Below, piece after piece: positions 46,109 through 54,445 of a stretch of 64,000 bases of DNA (position 1 is its first letter; each line of letters begins with the position of its first letter). This DNA comes from Chitinophagales bacterium (GTDB lineage: Bacteria; Bacteroidota; Bacteroidia; Chitinophagales; CAIODY01): contig CANFST010000012.1 in the NCBI GenBank assembly GCA_947449695.1, positions 6,460 through 70,459 on the forward strand. The letters run 5' to 3'. Below the pieces are notes generated by a model. That model searched no databases and had not been told where the DNA came from. It was given only the letters and a program-made list of their open reading frames with translations. The position numbers and the translations under genes were made by a program.

Positions 46109-46170
46109 GGCTTAATATTTTATGGCTTAAAAGTAAGTGGTTGATTTCAATTCTGAAAATAAATTTCAGT

Positions 46171-46178
46171 TACATTTG
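46171..46178 (+). promoter_or_regulatory. Candidate -7 box (TAcaTTTG) immediately upstream of the kdtA ATG
   Basis: TAnnTTTG match ending 6 nt before ATG 46185, which implies a leaderless or near-leaderless transcript. Confidence 0.4.
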
Positions 46179-46184
46179 TGGGCG

Positions 46185-47438
46185 ATGTTTTTCTACCAAA
46201 TCTTCATTCAATTTTATGGAATTGCGATTCGATTAGTTGCCTTATTTAATCGAAAAGCAACATTATTTTTGCAAGGACGAAACGATTGGCAAACGAGATA
46301 CGAAGACGCTTTGCAGCAAACTGAAAAACCAATTTGGGTGCATTGTGCATCACTTGGTGAATTTGAGCAGGGCAGACCATTAATCGAAAAAATTAAGAAA
46401 GATTTTCCTTCAAAAAAAATTGTTGTTACTTTTTTTTCGCCTTCAGGTTTTGAAATTCAGAAAAATTACAAAAGCGCAAATGCAGTTTTTTACTTGCCTT
46501 TAGACACCAAAAAAAATGCAAAAGATTTTATTGAAATATTGAAACCACAATTTGTAGTGTTTGTGAAGTATGAATTTTGGTTAAATTATTTGAATGAATT
46601 GCACTTCAAAAAAATTCCGACTTATATTATTTCAACAAAATTCCGATCCGACCAGATATTTTTCAAATGGTATGGAGGTATTTTTAAAACTGCTTTGCAA
46701 CATTTCAAAACCATTTTTGTGCAAGATGAAATGAGCAAAAATTTATTGCAAAAAATAAAAGTAGAAAACGTGCAAATAGCTGCCGATACAAGGTTTGATA
46801 GAGTTTTTCAAAATGCACAAAATGTAAATTTGCCAGCTTGGTTGCATAAATTTTGCGATGGGAAAAATATTTTAATTGCTGGTAGCACTTGGCAAGCCGA
46901 TGAAGAAATTTTATTGCAATGGCAAAAAAAATATTTGCCGAAAAATTGGAAAATGATTTGGGTGCCGCATGAAATTGCGGAATTAAAAATTAAGAATTTA
47001 GAATTAGGAATTGGTGGAAATACAATTCTTTTTTCTGAAATCGAAAGCCAAAAAAATGAGTTAAAAAATGAACAACATTTGATAATTGATACAATTGGTT
47101 TGTTGAGTAAAATTTATTCGGTTGGCAAAATTGCTTACATCGGAGGAGGCTTTGGAAGCGGCATCCACAATATTTTAGAACCAGCAGTTTTTGGCTTGCC
47201 AGTTTTTTTTGGACCAAAATTTGAAAAATTTAACGAGGCGATTGATTTACAAAATTTAGGTGGCTCATTTTCTTTTCAAACCGAAAATGAATTTTCGGAA
47301 AAGATAAATTCGCTGATAAAAAATGAAGCAGAATTGAATCGAGTTGGAAAAATTGCGAAAAATTTTGTGGAGAAAAATATTGGCGGAACAGCGATTATTA
47401 TGACTGCTTTGCAAACCGACGGCTTACTAACTCCATAA
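46185..47438 (+). CDS. kdtA: 3-deoxy-D-manno-octulosonic acid (Kdo) transferase
   Basis: WVHCASLGEFEQGRPLIE..., the C-terminal GGSF...GGHNILEP-type region (GGGFGSGIHNILEPAVFGLPVFFGP). ATG 46185 is preferred over GTG 46137. Confidence 0.86.
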   Translation: MFFYQIFIQFYGIAIRLVALFNRKATLFLQGRNDWQTRYEDALQQTEKPIWVHCASLGEFEQGRPLIEKIKKDFPSKKIVVTFFSPSGFEIQKNYKSANAVFYLPLDTKKNAKDFIEILKPQFVVFVKYEFWLNYLNELHFKKIPTYIISTKFRSDQIFFKWYGGIFKTALQHFKTIFVQDEMSKNLLQKIKVENVQIAADTRFDRVFQNAQNVNLPAWLHKFCDGKNILIAGSTWQADEEILLQWQKKYLPKNWKMIWVPHEIAELKIKNLELGIGGNTILFSEIESQKNELKNEQHLIIDTIGLLSKIYSVGKIAYIGGGFGSGIHNILEPAVFGLPVFFGPKFEKFNEAIDLQNLGGSFSFQTENEFSEKINSLIKNEAELNRVGKIAKNFVEKNIGGTAIIMTALQTDGLLTP

Positions 47439-47958
47439 AAGATGCAGCGGCATCAGCATTTTCAACCCATTTTTCATTTTTATAATTTGAAATTATTTTC
47501 TCAGCTTCTACAAAATTGCCGGCGGAATTTATTTGTTCTACCACATTTTTAAAAATGTCAGCATTACCCGAAAATAAATTTTGCACAAAACTAAATCTAT
47601 CGTTAAAACTGATGGCAGATTTCAGATCGTCAATGGGCGAATGTTCCAGCTTATCAGTCAATTCTGTTTTTTTATTTTGAATCAAAATTTCGTTCAAGCT
47701 TTCTGATCTTTCGTTACTCGATATTTTTATTGGAACAACTTTTTCCTCGAAAGAAATATTTTTTGCAGGCTCTGAAATATTTATGGGTTGAGGCTTTGGT
47801 GTTGTTTCGATTTTTTGTGTAGCAGAAAAATTGATAACTGCATTATACAAGTTTCTTATCTTCTCCAAAGCCAAATCTTTTTCGATAGCTGAATTATTTT
47901 TCAACATTCGTTCAATACTTGCATTCACATTGCCGAGCAATTCATTTACATTTGCCAT
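47398..47958 (-). CDS. Conserved Bacteroidota protein of unknown function
   Basis: 186 aa. The C-terminal module DLKSAISFNDRFSFVQNLFSGN...FMELVSRRF recurs in uncharacterised Bacteroidota proteins, from memory. Its 3-prime end overlaps kdtA by 41 nt. Confidence 0.5.
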   Translation of the reverse strand: MANVNELLGNVNASIERMLKNNSAIEKDLALEKIRNLYNAVINFSATQKIETTPKPQPINISEPAKNISFEEKVVPIKISSNERSESLNEILIQNKKTELTDKLEHSPIDDLKSAISFNDRFSFVQNLFSGNADIFKNVVEQINSAGNFVEAEKIISNYKNEKWVENADAAASFMELVSRRFAKQS

Positions 47959-48033
47959 TTCTAATTTTTTTATTTCACATTACAAATTACAGCACAAAAT
48001 CTTACATCACCAATCTAATTTCTCCAATCAAAA

Positions 48034-48606
48034 ATGTTCATTGAACCACAAATACCACACAAACACAAAGGCTGGGTTGAAGTCATTTGTGGAAGCATGT
48101 TTTCGGGCAAAACTGAAGAATTAATTCGCCGATTAAAACGTGTTAAAATTGCTAATCAATCGGTTAAAATTTTCAAACCCGAGATTGACAATCGCTTTTC
48201 GGACAAGAAAATTGTATCGCACGATGAAAATTTTATCCAATCTATCTCGATAAAACATTCGGTTGAAATTCTTTCACAAATTGAAAATGTGGAAGTGGTG
48301 GGGATTGATGAGGCTCAATTTTTTGATTCGGCTTTGCCAGAAGTGGCTAAAAAGCTTTCTTTGCAAGGCATCAGAGTGATTATTGCTGGCTTGGATATGG
48401 ATTATTTGGGTGTGCCATTTGGGGTAATGCCGCAGTTGATGGCAGATGCCGAATATGTTACAAAGGTGCATGCGATTTGTGTGAAATGTGGTAGCATAGC
48501 CAATCACAGTCATCGCACGATTAATAACGATGAGCAAATTGTGCTGGGCGCAAAAAATAATTATGAGCCATTGTGCAGACATTGTTTTGCACATGCAACC
48601 ATTTGA
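48034..48606 (+). CDS. tdk: Thymidine kinase
   Basis: P-loop GSMFSGKTEELI, GIDEAQFF and the zinc motif C.KCG...CR.C. Confidence 0.95.
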   Translation: MFIEPQIPHKHKGWVEVICGSMFSGKTEELIRRLKRVKIANQSVKIFKPEIDNRFSDKKIVSHDENFIQSISIKHSVEILSQIENVEVVGIDEAQFFDSALPEVAKKLSLQGIRVIIAGLDMDYLGVPFGVMPQLMADAEYVTKVHAICVKCGSIANHSHRTINNDEQIVLGAKNNYEPLCRHCFAHATI

Positions 48607-48717
48607 TGGCTTTTTTCGTCTATTAACAATATGGTAAAATAGAATTTGGTTTTTTAATTAAAACCTCTACTTTTACAATCCATTTTTAAAACAAATCAAA
48701 AATAAATTTTATAAAAA

Positions 48718-50124
48718 ATGAAAAAAGTAAAAATTACACTTCTTCTTTTGGTAGCAAGTATTATTGCTACTTATGCTCAAATTCCATTTAAGGCGAATGT
48801 TGAAGCTAACATTAAAAAAGCCGAGTTGATTAAATTGAAACAAAACCGTTTCAAAAAAATTGACAATAATCATGGTGGTTCAAAAGCAACTCCAACGTCT
48901 ACTTACTTTATTGATTATTCAGCTCTTGCTGCTAATTTTACTGCAAATTCTGGTGCTTATGTTTGGCAAGTAAAATCTGTTCCAGGTAGCACAGATACTC
49001 TTATTTCTCAATTAGCAATGTCATTATATTATTCACATCCTGCATCATCAAATCCGGATAGTATTATTGTATTTTCAGATTTTAACGATGTGCCTGGTTC
49101 GACTAAATATTTTAGTTATCCAGCTTCAATGACGATTGACTCAATTTTCTTTTTTAGCACTCATGTTAATAAATCTGGCTTAAAGGATTCTATTTCTTAC
49201 AATATTGTTGGATTAAGTGCAACTGGTGTTCCTCAATTAAATAATGTATTAAGTTCTGGTTATAAGACAACAACTACTACGTTAAGTCCAGGTGGTCATT
49301 GGTTGGGCTCAAATGCTACAGCAGTATTATCTTTTGGTCCAGGATATACAACAACAAGTAAAACTGGTATTGCATTAAATTACTATCCAGCTAGCACTAC
49401 TGATACTTTTTCTACTCTTATTGATTACGTTGATGATGGAAGTGGGAATGCATCACAATTTACTGGTTTGCCTTTTTCATTCTATAATTATGTACCATTC
49501 ATTCCAAATATAACTCGTTGCACAAATATTACAAGTGGTAGCAATCCTTCAGCTTTGGAAGATTGGACTACAACGGTTCAAGTAACATTTACAGAGCCCT
49601 TATCTGCGTCATTTACTTATGCACCTTCTGCTCCTCATGCACATGCTTCTATTCTTTTCACAGGTACCTCAAACGATCCTTCAGCTACATACTCATGGGA
49701 TTTTGGTGATGGAACTGCTTTAGGTACAGGTGCATCTCCGTCGCATACTTATTCTACAGGTGGTACTTACAACGTTGTATTAACAGTTACTTCCGGTGCT
49801 AATCATGTTACTATTTCAAAATCAATTAATGTATTGGCTGCAATAGGAATCAACGAATTGAACAATCAGTTTTTCACTGGTAAATTATATCCTAATCCTT
49901 CAAAATCAGGTGCTGAATTGGTATTGCCAATTAACTTGAATTCAACTTCAAACATCGCTTCAATAAAAGTATTCAATACTTTAGGTCAAACAATTGCTGA
50001 ATCAACTCAAACAGTTGCTAATAAAGTAACTTTCAATACAACAGGTTTCAAGTCTGGCGTATATTTCTATTCAGTTGAAATTGGTGGTCAAAAAACTACT
50101 GGTAAATTCACTATTGTAGAATAA
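48718..50124 (+). CDS. Secreted PKD-domain protein with T9SS type A C-terminal sorting domain
   Basis: Signal peptide. PKD motif YSWDFGDGT...HTYSTGGTYNVVLTV. C-terminal LYPNPS...IKVFNTLGQ...GFKSGVYFYSVEIGGQKTTGKFTIVE. Confidence 0.8.
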   Translation: MKKVKITLLLLVASIIATYAQIPFKANVEANIKKAELIKLKQNRFKKIDNNHGGSKATPTSTYFIDYSALAANFTANSGAYVWQVKSVPGSTDTLISQLAMSLYYSHPASSNPDSIIVFSDFNDVPGSTKYFSYPASMTIDSIFFFSTHVNKSGLKDSISYNIVGLSATGVPQLNNVLSSGYKTTTTTLSPGGHWLGSNATAVLSFGPGYTTTSKTGIALNYYPASTTDTFSTLIDYVDDGSGNASQFTGLPFSFYNYVPFIPNITRCTNITSGSNPSALEDWTTTVQVTFTEPLSASFTYAPSAPHAHASILFTGTSNDPSATYSWDFGDGTALGTGASPSHTYSTGGTYNVVLTVTSGANHVTISKSINVLAAIGINELNNQFFTGKLYPNPSKSGAELVLPINLNSTSNIASIKVFNTLGQTIAESTQTVANKVTFNTTGFKSGVYFYSVEIGGQKTTGKFTIVE

Positions 50125-50148
50125 TTACTGAAATAAAATTTTTTAAAT

Positions 50149-50187
50149 AAAAAAAGGAAGTGTTTGTATAAGCACTTCCTTTTTTTA
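50149..50187 (+). terminator. Intrinsic terminator after the T9SS type A cargo gene
   Basis: ggaagtg (50156-50162) pairs with cacttcc (50173-50179), followed by a T-run (50180-50186). Confidence 0.75.
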
Positions 50188-50197
50188 TTTTTACAAC

Positions 50198-50956
50198 ATG
50201 ATGACAATTCATTTAGGCAACGTAAATATTTTTCAAGGAAAATCACTCATACTTAGCAATGTGAATTTGGATATGCAAAAAGGTGAAGTGGTTTATTTGG
50301 TGGGTAAAACCGGTTTTGGAAAAAGTAGTTTGTTGAAAACATTGTATGGCGATTTGCCATTGACCAATGGCGAAGGAACTGTTGTGGGATTTGATTTGAA
50401 GCAATTAACCTGGAAAACCTTGCCTAATCTGCGTCGCAAGCTTGGGATTGTGTTTCAGGATTTTCAATTGTTGAGCGATAGAAATGTACAAGACAATTTA
50501 GTGTTTGCTTTAAAGGCAACTGGCTGGACTGATGATTCAAAAATAAAATCTCAAATAGATGATGTGATGAACTTGGTAGGATTAAAAACGAAAGGCTTTA
50601 AAATGCCTTATGAATTATCTGGTGGTGAACAACAACGTGTGGTGATTGCACGAGCTTTGTTAAATTCACCTGAGTTGATTTTAGCAGATGAACCAACAGG
50701 AAATTTAGACCCTGAAACAAGCGATGAAATCATTCAGCTATTGCAACAAATTGCTCGTGACAGCAACACTTCTATGTTAATAGCTTCGCATGATTTTATG
50801 ATGATGCAAAAATTTCCTTCAAGAACTATTCGCTGTGAAAATGGAAAGGTGATGGAAGTGAATTCAACAGCAAATACAAATTCATTTGCATCAACTATAA
50901 TTTCAAATGAGCCTGCAATGCAGGATTCATCAAATGTTCCAGATTCTCGTTTATAA
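50198..50956 (+). CDS. ftsE: FtsE-like cell-division ABC ATPase
   Basis: Walker [10 protein letters not shown], signature LSGGEQQRV, Walker [12 protein letters not shown]. Closely resembles Bacteroidota FtsE from memory. No ftsX is adjacent. Confidence 0.78.
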   Translation: MMTIHLGNVNIFQGKSLILSNVNLDMQKGEVVYLVGKTGFGKSSLLKTLYGDLPLTNGEGTVVGFDLKQLTWKTLPNLRRKLGIVFQDFQLLSDRNVQDNLVFALKATGWTDDSKIKSQIDDVMNLVGLKTKGFKMPYELSGGEQQRVVIARALLNSPELILADEPTGNLDPETSDEIIQLLQQIARDSNTSMLIASHDFMMMQKFPSRTIRCENGKVMEVNSTANTNSFASTIISNEPAMQDSSNVPDSRL

Positions 50957-50979
50957 ATTTTCAATCTAAGAAATTTCTC

Positions 50980-52233
50980 ATGAGTATAAAACTGCGATTA
51001 ATTATCATGAGCTTCCTGCAATTTTTTGTTTGGGGTGCTTGGCTGATTACCATAGGCAATTATTGGTTTGGTACCAAACAATGGAGTGGCGCAGAATTTG
51101 GGGCTATATTTTCAACACTTGGCATCTCTGCTATTTTAATGCCGGCACTAACAGGAATTTTAGCTGATAAATTTATTAACGCAGAAAAATTATTTGGCGC
51201 ATTGCACATCTTCAGCGGTATTGCCTTGTTTTTCTTGCCACAGATGAATGATGCTACTTCGTTTTATTGGGCGATGTTTGCAGCGATGTTATGCTATATG
51301 CCTACCATTGCTTTATCAAATTCAGTGGCTTACACGGTTTTGAAAAATAATAATTTTGATGTCATAAAAGTATTTCCGCCAATCAGAGTTTGGGGAACAA
51401 TTGGCTTTATTGCAGCCATGTGGCTCACGAATTTATCAGGCAATAAAGCATCTGCCAACATGTTTTATATTGCGGCATTCTCGGCTTTTGTGTTAGGAAT
51501 TTATTCTTTCACTTTGCCTAAATGCACACCTCAAAAATTGATTGCTGAAAATGCTTCATTGGCAGAAAAGTTAGGTTTGAATGCGTTCAAATTATTCGGC
51601 ACTTACAAAATGGCGTTGTTCTTTTTATTCGCTATGTTGTTGGGCGCAGCCTTGCAATTGACCAACATGTATGGTGATGTCTTTCTTTCAGAATTTAAAA
51701 ATAATCCTGCTTATGAAAATTCAATCATGGTGAAATATTCTACCATCATCATGTCCATTTCGCAAATCAGCGAAACACTTTTTATTTTGGCAATTCCTTT
51801 TTTCTTAAAGCGATTTGGGATTAAAAATGTCATGCTCATTTCTATGCTGGCTTGGGTTTTACGGTTTGGATTATTTGCATTTGGCAATCCTTCTGAAGGT
51901 TTGTGGATGATAATTTTATCGTGCATTGTGTATGGAATGGCTTTCGATTTCTTCAATATTTCTGGGTCTTTATTTATTGAAACAACCACTGATGCTGTGA
52001 TTCGTTCAAGTGCACAAGGATTATTTACAACGATGGTAAATGGCTTTGGTGCTTTCTTTGGTGGTTTACTAAGCGGTATTGTAATTGATAAATTTTTTAC
52101 ACAAAATGGCATTAGAGATTGGCATCAAATCTGGCTTTCGTTTGCTGCTTATGCTTTAGTGATTGCAGTTTTATTTGCAATCATGTTTAAGCACAAACAC
52201 AATCCTGAAGCAGTTGCTTCAGTGAGTCATTAA
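50980..52233 (+). CDS. Nucleoside permease (NupG/XapB-like MFS transporter)
   Basis: 12-TM pattern with N-terminal RLIIMSFLQFFVWGAWLITIGNY, typical of nucleoside:H+ symporters. Confidence 0.7.
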   Translation: MSIKLRLIIMSFLQFFVWGAWLITIGNYWFGTKQWSGAEFGAIFSTLGISAILMPALTGILADKFINAEKLFGALHIFSGIALFFLPQMNDATSFYWAMFAAMLCYMPTIALSNSVAYTVLKNNNFDVIKVFPPIRVWGTIGFIAAMWLTNLSGNKASANMFYIAAFSAFVLGIYSFTLPKCTPQKLIAENASLAEKLGLNAFKLFGTYKMALFFLFAMLLGAALQLTNMYGDVFLSEFKNNPAYENSIMVKYSTIIMSISQISETLFILAIPFFLKRFGIKNVMLISMLAWVLRFGLFAFGNPSEGLWMIILSCIVYGMAFDFFNISGSLFIETTTDAVIRSSAQGLFTTMVNGFGAFFGGLLSGIVIDKFFTQNGIRDWHQIWLSFAAYALVIAVLFAIMFKHKHNPEAVASVSH

Positions 52234-52241
52234 AAGTTGAT

Positions 52242-52249
52242 TAACTTTG
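52242..52249 (+). promoter_or_regulatory. Candidate -7 box (TAacTTTG) immediately upstream of the coaBC ATG
   Basis: TAnnTTTG match ending 7 nt before ATG 52257. Confidence 0.4.
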
Positions 52250-52256
52250 AAATCTT

Positions 52257-53456
52257 ATGCTTAAAGGCAAAAAAATAATTCTTGGAATAACTGGCAGCAT
52301 TGCAGCTTACAAAGCGGCTTTCCTGACTCGTTTGCTGATTAAAACTGGAGCAGAGGTGCAAGTAGTGATGACTGACTCTGCTATAAAATTTATTCCTGCC
52401 ATTACACTTTCTACTTTATCGAAACAAAAAGTTTTAGTAGATTTTTTCAATGAAAACAATTGGAACAACCATGTTGAATTAGGCTTAAAAGCTGATTTGA
52501 TGTTGATTGCACCTGCCTCTGCCAACACGATTGCGAAAATGGCAAATGGCTTTTGTGATAATTTATTAACGGCAATTTATCTCTCTGCAAAATGTGAAGT
52601 TGCATTTGCACCTGCAATGGATTTAGATATGTGGCAACATCCATCTACCAAAAAAAATGTAGAGCTATTAAAATCTTACGGCAATCATTTGATTGATGTG
52701 GAAAACGGCGAATTAGCCAGTGGTTTGATTGGTAAAGGTAGAATGGCTGAACCTGAAACAATTTTAAATTGGGTGGAAAATTATTTCGCTCAAAAAAAAA
52801 ATCTTAAAAAATTAAGTGGTAAAAAAATTTTAATAACCGCTGGAGGAACTCATGAACCGATTGACCCTGTTAGATTTATTGGCAATCACAGCAGCGGAAA
52901 AATGGGCATAGCAATCGCTGAAATTGCTGCCAATGCAGGTGCTGAAGTTACTTTGTTGTTAGGTGCAACTTCAATCAAACCCAATCATTCCAACATCAAA
53001 ATTATTGAATGTACAACTGCACAAAAAATGTTTGACAACGCCATTTTGATTTTTGATAAAATGGATATTGCAATCTGTGCCGCAGCCATAGCTGATTATA
53101 CGCCGATAAATGTTGCTGATAAAAAAATTAAAAAGAAAGATGACGGCATGATTTTAGAATTGAAAAAAACACCTGATACTTTAGCAGCTTTAGGAAAAAT
53201 GAAATCAGAAGGACAGACTTTAGTTGGGTTTGCATTGGAAACGAATAATGAAATTGAAAACGCTCAACTGAAATTAGAAAATAAAAATGCTGATTTTATC
53301 GTTTTAAATTCAACAAAAAATAAAAATTCAACTTTTGGATTTGATACCAATCAAATCACAATTGTAGAAAAAAATAAAATCACTGGATTTCAATTGAAGC
53401 CTAAAACTATTGTTGCTACTGACATTCTGAATCGTTTGGTTGAAAATTATTTATAA
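52257..53456 (+). CDS. coaBC: Bifunctional phosphopantothenoylcysteine decarboxylase / phosphopantothenate--cysteine ligase
   Basis: ILGITGSIAAYKA...PASANTIAKMANGFCDNLL...ITAGGTHEPIDPVRFIGNHSSGKMG. Confidence 0.93.
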   Translation: MLKGKKIILGITGSIAAYKAAFLTRLLIKTGAEVQVVMTDSAIKFIPAITLSTLSKQKVLVDFFNENNWNNHVELGLKADLMLIAPASANTIAKMANGFCDNLLTAIYLSAKCEVAFAPAMDLDMWQHPSTKKNVELLKSYGNHLIDVENGELASGLIGKGRMAEPETILNWVENYFAQKKNLKKLSGKKILITAGGTHEPIDPVRFIGNHSSGKMGIAIAEIAANAGAEVTLLLGATSIKPNHSNIKIIECTTAQKMFDNAILIFDKMDIAICAAAIADYTPINVADKKIKKKDDGMILELKKTPDTLAALGKMKSEGQTLVGFALETNNEIENAQLKLENKNADFIVLNSTKNKNSTFGFDTNQITIVEKNKITGFQLKPKTIVATDILNRLVENYL

Positions 53457-53458
53457 AA

Positions 53459-54379
53459 ATGAAAAATTACTTAAAGATTTTCGCTGTGTTTTTGGTTTAT
53501 AATTTAACCATTACAATTTGCAATTCAACATTTGCTCAAGAACTAAAATGCTCGGTAAAAATAAATACACCAAAGCTGCAAAGTACTGACCCTAAAGTGT
53601 TTCAGACTTTGCAAAAAGCAATCTTTGAGTTTTATAACAACAGAAAATGGACCGAAGATGTATTTGATGTTACGGAAAAAATCGAATTTAATATCATTAT
53701 AAATGTTACTGAAGAATTGGGAAGTGATAAATATCGCTTGCAAATGAACATTCAATCGAGCCGCCCAGTTTTTAACAGCAGCTATAATTCTACTTTGTTT
53801 AATTGGAGTGATAAAGATTTTGTCGTGCAATATGTAGAATATCAACCATTAGATTATGCCGATGACAGATACGCCTCTAACCTGACATCTGTATTGGCTT
53901 TTTATGCTTATATGGTAATTGGATTGGATTATGATTCATTTTCCCCAAAAGGTGGTTCACCATATTTTGATAAAGCAAAAACAATTGTAACGCTGATGCA
54001 AAATTATGATGAAGATGGTTGGAAACCATTCGAAAAAAATTTAAAGAATAGATATTGGTTGAGCGAAAATATAACGAGTAGTAAGAATGATATTTTTCAT
54101 ACCATTTTATACAATTATCATCGTAATGGTATGGATGCCATGTATCAAAATGCTGACAATGCACGTTCGGCGATAGTTTCAAGCCTTAAGCAAATCGAAA
54201 AAATGTATGAAGAAAACCCAAACGGGGTTTGGTTGGTTGCTTTTTTTGCTGCCAAAGCAGACGAATTAGCAAATATCTTTTCAGATGGTTCGCCTCAAGA
54301 AAAGCAGCAAATGAGTGTTTTGCTAAATAGGTGTGACCCATCTAATGCAAAGAAATATGCGAAAATTTTAGCTAAGTGA
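53459..54379 (+). CDS. DUF4835 family protein (I recall this family being labelled T9SS protein PorD in recent annotation; uncertain)
   Basis: Signal peptide. QELKCSVKINTPKLQSTDPKVFQTLQKAIFEFYNNRKW...QSSRPVFNSSY...VLAFYAYMVIGLDYDSF matches the family. It has the usual coaBC-adjacent synteny. Confidence 0.6.
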   Translation: MKNYLKIFAVFLVYNLTITICNSTFAQELKCSVKINTPKLQSTDPKVFQTLQKAIFEFYNNRKWTEDVFDVTEKIEFNIIINVTEELGSDKYRLQMNIQSSRPVFNSSYNSTLFNWSDKDFVVQYVEYQPLDYADDRYASNLTSVLAFYAYMVIGLDYDSFSPKGGSPYFDKAKTIVTLMQNYDEDGWKPFEKNLKNRYWLSENITSSKNDIFHTILYNYHRNGMDAMYQNADNARSAIVSSLKQIEKMYEENPNGVWLVAFFAAKADELANIFSDGSPQEKQQMSVLLNRCDPSNAKKYAKILAK

Positions 54380-54413
54380 TTTCACGATAATGGTTGTTAG
54401 CAACACTATTAAT

Positions 54414-54421
54414 TAATTTTG
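54414..54421 (+). promoter_or_regulatory. Candidate -7 box (TAatTTTG) for the 896-aa type B cargo gene
   Basis: TAnnTTTG match, 24 nt upstream of ATG 54446. Confidence 0.4.
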
Positions 54422-54445
54422 TATTTTGTTTGAGTAATTTAGAAA

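Noticed and set aside
46137-46184. GTG start extending kdtA by 16 codons.
   Set aside because: The extension would begin 28 bp from the divergent REC gene and would run through the TAcaTTTG -7 box. The Kdo-transferase membrane anchor begins at the ATG at 46185.
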